Counted from the stretch's first letter, positions 17,267-25,528 are shown. The stretch: DNA of 32,000 bases from Richelia sp. SL_2_1 (GCA_012033205.1 JAAUSO010000041.1:1115-33114); one strand, 5' to 3'. Made by a program: numbers and translations. Notes: generated by a model not told the origin, from the sequence alone.

Positions 17267-17457
17267 AAGAACAACTAGAAAAACGTCTAGCCGAACTCAA
17301 AGCCGAATTTGCATCGGGACAAAAGGTAATAGTCGAATTGGAAACAAAACAAGCTAATCTGCGGGATACATTATTACGAATTAGTGGAGCAATTCAAATT
17401 CTAGAAGAAGAAATAGGTAAAGCTAATACAGAAGAAGAAAATACCGGCGTTGCATAA
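17263..17457 (+). CDS. 64-aa predicted coiled-coil protein, translationally coupled to the preceding ORF
   Basis: Heptad-like 'LEKRLAELKAEFASGQKVIVELETKQANLRDTLLRISGAIQILEEEI' and an ATGA overlap at 17263-17266. Confidence 0.45.
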   Translation: MKEQLEKRLAELKAEFASGQKVIVELETKQANLRDTLLRISGAIQILEEEIGKANTEEENTGVA

Positions 17458-17541
17458 TTATATGGTGAATTAAGATATTCTTTTAAATCACCATTACTTA
17501 TGAGATTCTCTTTTTACTTTTTAATTTTGACTTTTTACTTT

Positions 17542-17915
17542 TTAAGTTGCATCGGGTAATTCTATTTCTACTTTTCTCAACGGAGGATAATAATATCCCA
17601 ACATTGTAATCAACATAATAATTAATCCCATCAAAATAAACATTAATCCAATCCCTCTTCCTGTCCCAATTCCAATTATTTTTCCCATATAGCGGTTTTC
17701 ACTTGAGTGGAATACAAATTTTACCTCACCCCGCCCTCCGGGCACCCCTCTCCTGTCGGGAGGAGAGGGGAAGGGGGTGAGGTTTTAGTGTATTGGACTC
17801 AACTGAAATTTGCTATAGTTCCAGCTAGCAAACCGTTAGTAGACATTAAGGGTTCAAAAATATTATCAGCAAGGGGTCCAGCAACTAAATAAGCAATAGG
17901 AAAAGAAATACCTGT
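17542..17915 (-). pseudogene. 3' remnant of an MFS (EntS-like) transporter gene, split by a MITE and lacking its 5' part
   Basis: Minus-strand translation gives 'GISFPIAYLVAGPLADNIFEPLMSTNGLLAGTIANFS*' (17912-17799). After the MITE it continues 'MGKIIGIGTGRGIGLMFILMG...PPLRKVEIELPDAT' (ORF track 17542..17745). There is a stop upstream at 17934-17936. Confidence 0.5.
17703..17802. mobile_element. ~100-bp MITE-like palindromic element
   Basis: Imperfect terminal inverted repeats TTGAGTGGAATACAAATTTTACCTCACCCC / GGGGGTGAGGTTTTAGTGTATTGGACTCAA. Inner perfect hairpin CCCCTCTCCT-GTCGGG-AGGAGAGGGG. A half copy lies at 24567-24609. Confidence 0.7.
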
Positions 17916-17942
17916 ATAGGACTTACGCAACTGTCACATTAC

Positions 17943-18098
17943 GAAGCAAATACTAAAAAATTAGCAACCAAATCAAATCAATTAAATGCAAAATATCGAG
18001 GAATTAGTTATCAAATTCCTCAACCAATATTATTCCCAAATGTACCTAAATCTCAATTTAAGTATCGTGGTGTTAACTACATATATGGTTCTAATTAA
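17943..18098 (+). pseudogene. Start-less remnant of a DUF4278-type small cyanobacterial protein
   Basis: Hand translation gives 'EANTKKLATKSNQLNAKYRGISYQIPQPILFPNVPKSQFKYRGVNYIYGSN*'. The doubled 'KYRG(I/V).Y' is the DUF4278 signature as I recall it. There is no start codon in the open part of the frame. Confidence 0.35.
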
Positions 18099-18359
18099 TA
18101 AATATTACAGGCTTTTTAGCTGAAAATAATTATGTATTTACAGATAATATCATGTCCGGATGATTAGTTATTATTGGCTGTTGAATCGTAATGGGTAATT
18201 GGGAATGGTTAATTGTTGAGTATTCCCAAACCAAAATCCTTAACTGAACCGCATTGCGCTATATTAAAATTCCAATCAAAAATCCAAAGCTTGTACCGAG
18301 GGAAGCGAATGTATGTAAAATCTAAAATTATCTTGATCAAATAGGAGTGTATATAATAA

Positions 18360-18998
18360 GTGAAACCAATTTTAGGTTTAGCCATCAGTTCCATATTCAT
18401 TTGTTCACCAGCTTTTGCAATTGTTCAATCACAACCCTTATCTGGTGTCAAGATTTTAGTTAATCCAGGACACGGAGGGCAAGAAACTGGTGCGGCTGGT
18501 CCAACAGGATATTTAGCTAAAGATGTCAGCTTGAGTGTATCTAAGTTACTACGTGATCAATTGGTGTTAAGAGGTGCGATAGTGGTGATGACGCGAGAAG
18601 ATGACACAGAATTAAGTTTATCTGATCGCCAAGCCATGATTGATCGAGAAGAACCAACCATCGCTATAACTATACATTACACCGCAGTAGCTGACGACGG
18701 AGATGCCGAGAATAGCAAAGGTATTAGAACTTTTTGGTATCATTCCCAAGCTCATAGTCTAGCCGTTTTTCTGCATAATTATCTAGTTAACCAGCTAGGA
18801 CGTTCATCAATGGGAGTGTTTTGGAATAATTTGGCTTTAACTCGTCCCTCTACAGCACCATCAGTGGTAATGGAACTAGGTTTTATCACCAATCCTGAAG
18901 AATTTGAATGGATAGCTAATACCGACGAACAAAAAAAATTAGCGCGAGTCTTAGCAGATGGGATTGTTGAGTGGTTTGAGAGTACAATCACTCCATAA
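18360..18998 (+). CDS. N-acetylmuramoyl-L-alanine amidase (Amidase_3 family) with a signal peptide
   Basis: 'ILVNPGHGGQETGA', 'LSDRQAMIDREEPTIAITIHYTA', 'VVMELGFITNPEEFEWI' are Amidase_3 blocks. The hydrophobic N-terminus 'AISSIFICSPAFA' looks like a signal peptide. GTG start. Confidence 0.85.
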   Translation: MKPILGLAISSIFICSPAFAIVQSQPLSGVKILVNPGHGGQETGAAGPTGYLAKDVSLSVSKLLRDQLVLRGAIVVMTREDDTELSLSDRQAMIDREEPTIAITIHYTAVADDGDAENSKGIRTFWYHSQAHSLAVFLHNYLVNQLGRSSMGVFWNNLALTRPSTAPSVVMELGFITNPEEFEWIANTDEQKKLARVLADGIVEWFESTITP

Positions 18999-19020
18999 TC
19001 ATAACTTGAGATCAAATAGC

Positions 19021-19956
19021 TTATCCTGGATTAACTGGCGAATATTCCCCAAATTGCCAACGTAAACGAGTCGCATTTTGAGTTTCTAATACCTGCTTAA
19101 TCTCAAACTCAACTAAACGCTCTGCTCCAGCAAATTCACTTAATCTTTCTGCATCCCAAATCACTTTTGCTTTTCCTGTTAATTGCAATATATCACCTGC
19201 TTGAAAGTCTATAAATAATAAACCTGCATGGGGATTTACAAGCAAGTTACCGAAGGTTTGAAACATATTATTTCCTGAATAATCAGGAAACAGTAATTTG
19301 TTACTATTTAAAATTCTTACAAATCCCGGAAATCCTCCTCGATGAGAAGCATCTGCACCACTTTCGGGATGAAAACTAGCAATAAAAAAAGTATCCGCTT
19401 GAGCTATCCAAAGTTGATTTTTTTCGTTTAAAGCATCTCTGGTAAAAGTTTCAGGTTGTTCTAATGAATCATTTACAGTTTTTTCTATATGACGGATTTG
19501 AATATATTTAGGACAGTTGAAAAATGCTTGTTTAATGTCTACTTTTATATTTGTTGAACTGAGCCGCCCATCAGTGCAGGTACCGCTAATCTCTGCTTTG
19601 CCATTGAAACGCGATCGCCTGCGATTTGTCAAATCAATCACTAATAAACCAATATTTTGGTTGTTTTCCAAGTTTTGATACAGTGGAATGGTAGATTTAG
19701 AACAGCCATCAATTTGTAAACTAATCTGTAAGGTCTGCTGGTTGATAACTTGGATAAAACCAGGTTCTCCTGTTAATAAAGATGCCCAAACTTGACTATG
19801 TATATCTACTGTACTAGCAATTGCTAATTGTTGTGTGCGAAGAAATTCCTCTGCTGCTGGTTTGATAAAATTACTGATTACACTACAGAGTTTTTGTGCT
19901 TCTTCACGCACTCCCGCTTGATTTTGGACTGCGATTTCTCCAGAATGGAAAGACAT
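19021..19956 (-). CDS. Pyridoxamine 5'-phosphate oxidase-family (FMN-binding split-barrel) protein
   Basis: 'HSGEIAVQNQAGVRE' at the N-terminus, 'ADTFFIASFHPESGADASHRGGFPGFVRI' and 'LFPDYSGNNMFQTFGNLLVNPHAGLLFIDF' are typical of this family. Confidence 0.7.
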   Translation of the reverse strand: MSFHSGEIAVQNQAGVREEAQKLCSVISNFIKPAAEEFLRTQQLAIASTVDIHSQVWASLLTGEPGFIQVINQQTLQISLQIDGCSKSTIPLYQNLENNQNIGLLVIDLTNRRRSRFNGKAEISGTCTDGRLSSTNIKVDIKQAFFNCPKYIQIRHIEKTVNDSLEQPETFTRDALNEKNQLWIAQADTFFIASFHPESGADASHRGGFPGFVRILNSNKLLFPDYSGNNMFQTFGNLLVNPHAGLLFIDFQAGDILQLTGKAKVIWDAERLSEFAGAERLVEFEIKQVLETQNATRLRWQFGEYSPVNPG

Positions 19957-20100
19957 TGGGATTTTGGATTTTAGATTTTAGATTTTGCGAAAAGTTGCGT
20001 GCGGGGGTTCCCCCCGTTGTAGCTTGCTTCCCGCAGGGTGCAAACTTTTCAAGACGGATTTTGGAGCTACTGCATCCTTGGGAATCTCCCTCGTTGTAGT
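19957..20100. repeat. Composite repeat region: a (GATTTTR)4 array (AAAATCY on the minus strand, abutting the PNPOx start codon) followed by a GC-rich structured element
   Basis: Heptamer array at 19960-19987. Nt 19987-20055 'GCGAAAAGTTGCGTGCGGGGGTTCCCCCCGTTGTAGC...GCAAACTTTTCAAGAC' is a sibling of 5675-5723. ORF 19896..20099 is just its translation. Confidence 0.75.
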
Positions 20101-20122
20101 ATGTGGCGTGATTTTAAATTAT

Positions 20123-20719
20123 TTACAATCCGGGCATATTTACATATCCTGGTAATTGTGTGATTCGCTCAATCCAAGCAATTACATGGGGATAAGGTTC
20201 TAAATCAATTTTGCCTTCTGGTGCTAGTCCGATATAGGGAAAGCAAGCAATATCAGCAATTGTTGGATGTTCTAGTTCCAACCAGTTTCTATTTTGCAGG
20301 TGTTCGTTCATAATATTTAAAATCGGCTTGCTTCTAATTTGTGCTGCTTGCCAATCTACATCCATTTGAAAGCGAAAGTACAATCTGGCAATAAATACGC
20401 TGTTATTAATCTCGTTAGCAGCAAAGGATAACCATTGCATTACCTTAGCCATTGATTCTGGATATAAAGGTAGCCATTCTTCAGTTCCATATTTTCGCGC
20501 TAGATAAACTAAGATTGCTTGGGAATCCCGAATAACTATATCTTCATCAGCCAATACAGGGATTTGTCCTAAAGGATTTAGCTTGAGAAATTGAGGTGAT
20601 TTATGCTCCCTGTTTGGAGTATCAACTGTTACCTTTTCGTACTCAACCCCTAACAGAGAAAGCATTAATCTGATTTTGTGACAATTTCCTGATAATTCTC
20701 GATCATATAGCCTAATCAT
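20123..20719 (-). CDS. Glutathione S-transferase family protein
   Basis: The N-terminal thioredoxin-like fold 'LYDRELSGNCHKIRLMLSLLGVEYEKVTVD...NPLGQIPVL...IRDSQAILVYLA' and an alpha-helical C-terminal domain are typical GST features. Confidence 0.85.
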   Translation of the reverse strand: MIRLYDRELSGNCHKIRLMLSLLGVEYEKVTVDTPNREHKSPQFLKLNPLGQIPVLADEDIVIRDSQAILVYLARKYGTEEWLPLYPESMAKVMQWLSFAANEINNSVFIARLYFRFQMDVDWQAAQIRSKPILNIMNEHLQNRNWLELEHPTIADIACFPYIGLAPEGKIDLEPYPHVIAWIERITQLPGYVNMPGL

Positions 20720-20947
20720 GGAATTTTTCCTTTACTAGTCAATTATTTCTCGCAATTGTACGAAAATAAATATTATTTTTAATTTTTGACGATGTAAGGT
20801 TATTTGCTCAAGATCAGTTTTGCGATCGCAAATACTCATAAAACTGATCTAGGCAAATTTTTATTAATATGCTATTGCAAATTAGATTAAAGTTCTGCAA
20901 TATATACCTATAAGAAATATGTATATGTACAGGATGTATAGCAAATC

Positions 20948-21253
20948 GTGGCAACTCTCAAAGCTTCTCAACAGGGAATCACAGCGATTAAGCAAGCTAG
21001 AATTGCTCAGGGTTGGTCTGTCGATGATTTTCGCTGGTTAGAGTCAGCGAGTGAGATTTTGGGTGTTTCTTGGCAAGAAAATGGTGTTTTGGCAGTGGGA
21101 ATTTCCGAGGGTACCTGGAAAAGATTTTTAGCAGGAAAAAACCCAATTAATGCTGATGCTTTTAAAGCTTATTGTCAGGTTTTGGGGTTGAATTGGCAAG
21201 AAGTTGCGGAGATTGCCCTAAAAAAGAATTTTCTTCTTTCCATCCTCTTATAG
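20948..21253 (+). CDS. N-terminal HTH-like domain fragment of the downstream STAND gene (separated from it by a frameshift)
   Basis: 'IKQARIAQGWSVDDFRWLE...GTWKRFLAGKNPINADAFKAYCQVLGLNWQEVAE' is the N-terminal module commonly fused to cyanobacterial NB-ARC/WD40 proteins. It overlaps the next ORF in a different frame. GTG start. Confidence 0.6.
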   Translation: MATLKASQQGITAIKQARIAQGWSVDDFRWLESASEILGVSWQENGVLAVGISEGTWKRFLAGKNPINADAFKAYCQVLGLNWQEVAEIALKKNFLLSILL

Positions 21254-24200
21254 ATTGGGGTGATGCTCCCGATGTATCATTTTTTTATGGTCGTCAAGCA
21301 GAAATACAAATAGTTAAGCAATGGGTTGTGCAAGAAAAGTGTCGTTTAATAACGTTATTGGGGATGGGTGGTATCGGTAAAACGACGCTTTGTGTCAAGG
21401 TAGCGCAACAAATTGTAGAAATACAGGATTTTGCCTGTTTAATTTGGCGAAGTTTGCGTAATGCACCACCGATTGAAGATATTTTAGTTGAATTAATTCA
21501 GGTTTTTTCTAAACAGCAAGAAACGGTTTTACCTGTTACTTTGTCAGGTCAAATTTCACTGTTATTAAAATATTTGCGTGCATCACCTTGTTTGTTAATT
21601 TTAGATAATGTTGAGTCGATTTTACAACCAGGTGAACGCACTGGTAGTTATCAAGTGGGATATGAGGGATATGGTGAATTATTCCGATGTTTTGCAGAAA
21701 CTTTCCATCAAAGCTGTTTGATTTTAACTTCACGAGAAAAACCTCAAGGTTTGGCAAGATATGAAGGAGAAAGTTTACCTGTACGTTCTCTACAATTAAC
21801 AGGTTTAGCAGAAACGGAAGGACGAGAATTATTTGGTCTTAAAGGTAAATTTAAGGCTTCAGAAGTAGAATGGCAAACTTTAATTTCTCGTTATGGTGGT
21901 AATCCTCTGGCTTTAAAAATTGTCGCCTCTTCTATTCACGATTTTTTTGATGGTGATGTTTGCCAATTTTTAGAAATCTCTCCGCAAAGTACGTTTATTT
22001 TTGATGATATTCGAGATTTACTTGACCAACAGTTCTATCGGCTCACAAAATTAGAACAACAAATCATGTTTTGGGTGGCAATTAATCGTGAACCTGTTTC
22101 TTTATCAGAATTACAAACAGATTTTGTAATTAGTGTTTCCTCACCTGAGTTATTAGAATCTCTTTCCTCTTTGCAACGACGTTCTTTTATTCAACAATCT
22201 AAAGACGCAAAATTTAGCGTCTCTACCGTGTTTACTCAGCAACCTGTGGTGATGGAATATGTGATTAATCAAATCATTGAGAAAATCTATGATGAAATAG
22301 TTAATCAAAAAATAGATTTATTTGCGAGTCATGCTTTGATGAAAGCACAAGCTAAAGATTATGTGCGGGAAACTCAAATTAATCTAATTTTACAACCGAT
22401 TATTAATCAATTGACTAATCAACTTACTAGTTCAGAAAATATTTATGTTTATCTCAATCAAGTTCTCTCAAGTTTTCGAGGAAAATCAGCGAAAGAAACG
22501 GGATATTTAGCTGGTAATTCTCTGAATTTATTACATCAAGCACAAGTTGATATTAGTGGGTGTGATTTTTCGGGTTTAACATTATGGCAAGCATACCTAC
22601 AAGGTGTACATTTACATGATGTAAATTTTTCTAATTCCGATTTATCCCGTTGTGTATTTACAGAAACTTTAGGCAATATTTTATCAGCTAATTTTAATTC
22701 AGATGGAAAGCTTTTAGCAACCTGTGATACTGATTGTAATGTGCGAATTTGGGAAGTAGAAACAGGTAAATTACTATTAATTTGTCAAGGTCATTATAAC
22801 TGGGTACGCTTTGTCACTTTTAGTCCGAATGGAGACATTTTAGCGAGTTGTGGTGCTGATCATCAAATTAAATTATGGAATGTTCAAGATGGTATTTGTA
22901 TCAAAACGCTGAGTGGACATGAACATGAAATATTTTCTGTAGCTTTTAGTCCGAAGGCTAATATTTTAGCAAGTGCAAGTGGCGATCGTACAATCAAAAT
23001 CTGGGATATTTACGACGGTAACTGTATCAAAACTCTTACTGGACATACCGATTGGGTGCGTTGTGTTGCTTTTAGTCCCCAAGGAGAAATTTTAGCAAGT
23101 AGCGGTGCAGACCATAAAATTAAATTATGGGATGTAGAAACGGGGGAATGTGTCCAAACCCTCAGTGAACATCAAAATTGGGTACGTTCCATTGTATTTA
23201 GCCCGAACCCCCCAGCCCCCCTTATAAAGGGGGGAAAAGGGGGTATGTTAGCAAGTGCAAGTGGCGATCGCACCATTAAAATTTGGAATTATCATACAGG
23301 AGAATGCCTTAAAACCTATAGGGGACATACAAACAGCATTTATTCTGTGGCTTTTAGTCCTGGGGGTGAGATACTTGTAAGCGGAAGTGGCGATCGCACT
23401 GTGAAAATCTGGGATTGCAAGACTCATACTTGCATTAAAACTTTATATAAACAAACTAATGAAGTTTGTTGCGTTGCAATGAGTCCCGATAATCAAACAA
23501 TTGCTTGCGTCAGCTTAGACCAAACCATGCGATTATGGGATTATCGTAGCGGACAATGTTTAAAAACTTGGCAAGGAAATACGGATTGGGCATTGCCTGT
23601 AAAATATAGTCCAAATAATCAAATTTTAGCAAGTGGAAGTAATGACAAAACGATTAAATTATGGGATTCCGAAACAGGAAATTATTTAAGAAGTTTACAA
23701 GGACATAGTGATTTTATTTATGGGATTGCATTTAGTCCAGATGGACAAATTTTAGCTAGTGCGAGTACAGATTCTACTGTTAGATTGTGGACTGTAAATA
23801 CAGGTAAATGTTTTCAAATCTTACAAGGACATACAGATTGGGTTTATGCTGTAGAATATCATCCCAACGGTGAAATTATCGCTAGTGCAAGTGCCGATTG
23901 TACAGTTAAAATATGGGATTGGCATACAGGAAAATGTTTCAATACTTTAATTGGTCATACTGATAAAATTTTGGGAATCAGCTTTAGTCATGATGGTAAA
24001 ATATTAGCAAGTGCAAGTGCTGACCAAACGGTGAGAATTTGGGATTGGCAAACGGGTAATTGTTTGAAAATTTTCAGCGCTCATGCAGACAGAATTTATG
24101 GTGTTATTTTCAGTCAAGATGATCGGATTTTAGCAACTTGTAGTACAGACCAAACAATTAAACTTTGGCAATTCCCAACAGGAAAGTTTTTAAAAACCTT

Positions 24201-24552
24201 AACTGGTCATAAAAATTGGGTCTTTTCAATTGCTTTTAGTCCAGATGGAAATACTCTTGCTAGCGCTTCCCACGACCAAACTGTGAGAATTTGGGATGTA
24301 AAAACAGGAGAATGTAAACACATTTGTGTGGGACATACACATTTAGTTTCTGCGATTAATTTTAGCCCAGGAGGTAAATTTATTGCTAGTGGTTCCCAAG
24401 ACCAAACTGTGAGAATTTGGGATATAAATACGGGTGAATCTACCAGAATTTTGATTGCGAAAAGACTTTATGAAGGAATGAGAATTACTGGAGTTAAAGG
24501 ATTAACAGATGCGACAATTTTAACACTACAAGCTTTGGGTGCAGTGGTGTGA
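21172..24552 (+). CDS. STAND NTPase: NB-ARC-type P-loop, pentapeptide repeats and 14 WD40 repeats; probably one frameshifted gene together with 20948..21253
   Basis: 'FYGRQAEI', Walker A 'GMGGIGKTTL', Walker B 'LLILDNVE' and 'GGNPLALKIVA' (the GLPLAL-type motif). Pentapeptide-like 'CDFSGLTLWQAYLQGVHLHDVNFSNSDLSRCVF'. 14 blades of 'GH..W(V)..V.FSP.G..LAS.S.D.T(I/V)(K/R)(I/L)W'. There is no ATG between the TTG at 21172 and the P-loop. Confidence 0.85.
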   Translation: MSGFGVELARSCGDCPKKEFSSFHPLIDWGDAPDVSFFYGRQAEIQIVKQWVVQEKCRLITLLGMGGIGKTTLCVKVAQQIVEIQDFACLIWRSLRNAPPIEDILVELIQVFSKQQETVLPVTLSGQISLLLKYLRASPCLLILDNVESILQPGERTGSYQVGYEGYGELFRCFAETFHQSCLILTSREKPQGLARYEGESLPVRSLQLTGLAETEGRELFGLKGKFKASEVEWQTLISRYGGNPLALKIVASSIHDFFDGDVCQFLEISPQSTFIFDDIRDLLDQQFYRLTKLEQQIMFWVAINREPVSLSELQTDFVISVSSPELLESLSSLQRRSFIQQSKDAKFSVSTVFTQQPVVMEYVINQIIEKIYDEIVNQKIDLFASHALMKAQAKDYVRETQINLILQPIINQLTNQLTSSENIYVYLNQVLSSFRGKSAKETGYLAGNSLNLLHQAQVDISGCDFSGLTLWQAYLQGVHLHDVNFSNSDLSRCVFTETLGNILSANFNSDGKLLATCDTDCNVRIWEVETGKLLLICQGHYNWVRFVTFSPNGDILASCGADHQIKLWNVQDGICIKTLSGHEHEIFSVAFSPKANILASASGDRTIKIWDIYDGNCIKTLTGHTDWVRCVAFSPQGEILASSGADHKIKLWDVETGECVQTLSEHQNWVRSIVFSPNPPAPLIKGGKGGMLASASGDRTIKIWNYHTGECLKTYRGHTNSIYSVAFSPGGEILVSGSGDRTVKIWDCKTHTCIKTLYKQTNEVCCVAMSPDNQTIACVSLDQTMRLWDYRSGQCLKTWQGNTDWALPVKYSPNNQILASGSNDKTIKLWDSETGNYLRSLQGHSDFIYGIAFSPDGQILASASTDSTVRLWTVNTGKCFQILQGHTDWVYAVEYHPNGEIIASASADCTVKIWDWHTGKCFNTLIGHTDKILGISFSHDGKILASASADQTVRIWDWQTGNCLKIFSAHADRIYGVIFSQDDRILATCSTDQTIKLWQFPTGKFLKTLTGHKNWVFSIAFSPDGNTLASASHDQTVRIWDVKTGECKHICVGHTHLVSAINFSPGGKFIASGSQDQTVRIWDINTGESTRILIAKRLYEGMRITGVKGLTDATILTLQALGAVV
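23206..23244. repeat. GC-rich palindromic mini-element inserted in frame in WD40 blade 5
   Basis: AACCCCCCAGCCCCCCTTATAAAGGGGGGAAAAGGGGGT has a C6/G6 stem. It encodes 'NPPAPLIKGGKGG' where the other blades have the 3-4 residue 'xGxx' loop. Confidence 0.7.
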
Positions 24553-24566
24553 ATATCAGTTTTTAC

Positions 24567-24609
24567 TTGGGTGCAATACAAATTTTACCTCAGCCCGCCC
24601 TCCCGGCAC
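24567..24609. repeat. Half copy (left arm) of the 17703-17802 MITE
   Basis: TTGGGTGCAATACAAATTTTACCTCAGCCCGCCCTCCCGGCAC versus TTGAGTGGAATACAAATTTTACCTCACCCCGCCCTCCGGGCAC. It lies between the convergent WD40 and ccdA-like genes. Confidence 0.75.
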
Positions 24610-24643
24610 TAAGGATACTGCTGGCAAATGGGCTAAAGTCTTA

Positions 24644-25495
24644 CTACGAACCGAAAAACCACTGAGTCCCTGCGAACAAGTAATACACACCAGTTAAAAT
24701 CAGCGCGACGCTACCAAAACGGATAATTCCCTCAGAATGTTGCAACAACTTATTACTTTGTTTTGCCAATCCCGTAAATAAACTTGCCAGAAAAATTAAT
24801 AGAGTATAACCGAGAGCATAACTAACCATTGTCAGCGTACCCAATACCTGGGAACCTGTAGCTGCTGCTGATGCTAACACCGCGAATAACACCGGACTAG
24901 CACAAGGAGAACTCACCAACGCAAAGGTCAAACCAACTCCATAAGGTCCTGCTTTCGGCAGATTGACATTCATCTGCGGTAGGGGAATATTTACAACTCC
25001 CATCAACCACAAACCCATCACAGCCATAATTAAGCCTACTATTATATTGATATAGCCCCGGTACTCCACCATTACTGCTCCCGCAAAGGAAGATACCAAA
25101 CCAAATAAACTGAGAATTGTCACCGCACCTAAAACAAACAAACCAGCTTTGGTGAAAGCATCCCAACGGGATTTGATTTTGAGTGTACCGATATAGCTGA
25201 GATTGACAGGTAAAAGGGCAAGAATACAAGGAGATACAGATGCGAGCGCACCACCTGCAAATGCCAATGGTAACAAGACAAAGGGATTGGCGGTATCTTG
25301 TTGATCAAACCATTGTTGGTAGCGGTTTTCGATAATGGAAATTAGCCGTTCTACTGGATGGCTGATTACAGGTCCGAGGGTGATAACTAGAATCAGTGAT
25401 ATTAACCCCAATCCACCATAAAACAGCCATTTTTTCGAGATTTTAGAACGTCGAGCAGGACTTGGCTCGGTGGATGATTGAGGTATTTGTTTCAT
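24644..25495 (-). CDS. ccdA: Cytochrome c biogenesis / thiol-disulfide electron transporter, CcdA/DsbD transmembrane family
   Basis: Polytopic membrane protein with the two conserved Cys-containing motifs 'ASVSPCILALLP' and 'LVSSPCASPVL'. It sits next to a thioredoxin-like gene. Confidence 0.8.
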   Translation of the reverse strand: MKQIPQSSTEPSPARRSKISKKWLFYGGLGLISLILVITLGPVISHPVERLISIIENRYQQWFDQQDTANPFVLLPLAFAGGALASVSPCILALLPVNLSYIGTLKIKSRWDAFTKAGLFVLGAVTILSLFGLVSSFAGAVMVEYRGYINIIVGLIMAVMGLWLMGVVNIPLPQMNVNLPKAGPYGVGLTFALVSSPCASPVLFAVLASAAATGSQVLGTLTMVSYALGYTLLIFLASLFTGLAKQSNKLLQHSEGIIRFGSVALILTGVYYLFAGTQWFFGS

Positions 25496-25528
25496 AATAA
25501 TTTCCCTTGAGCCATGAAGAGACAGGAG

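Noticed and set aside
17458-17545. Possible terminator hairpin ATGGTGA...TCACCAT and the duplicated CTTTTTACTTTTTA motif after the last eCIS ORF
   Set aside because: The stem is short and AT-rich with a ~19-nt loop and no following T-tract on the + strand, so it is not convincing as an intrinsic terminator.
17707-17892. 61-aa ORF on the + strand
   Set aside because: It is the translation of the palindromic MITE (PSPVGRRGEGGEV...) plus the antisense of the MFS remnant, so it is not a gene.
18209-18400. 63-aa minus-strand ORF upstream of or overlapping the amidase start
   Set aside because: It is AT-rich with no recognisable motif, and it overlaps the amidase signal-peptide codons on the opposite strand.
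19896-20099. 67-aa ORF between the PNPOx and GST genes
   Set aside because: It starts antisense inside the PNPOx gene and then translates the heptamer array and GC-rich repeat element.
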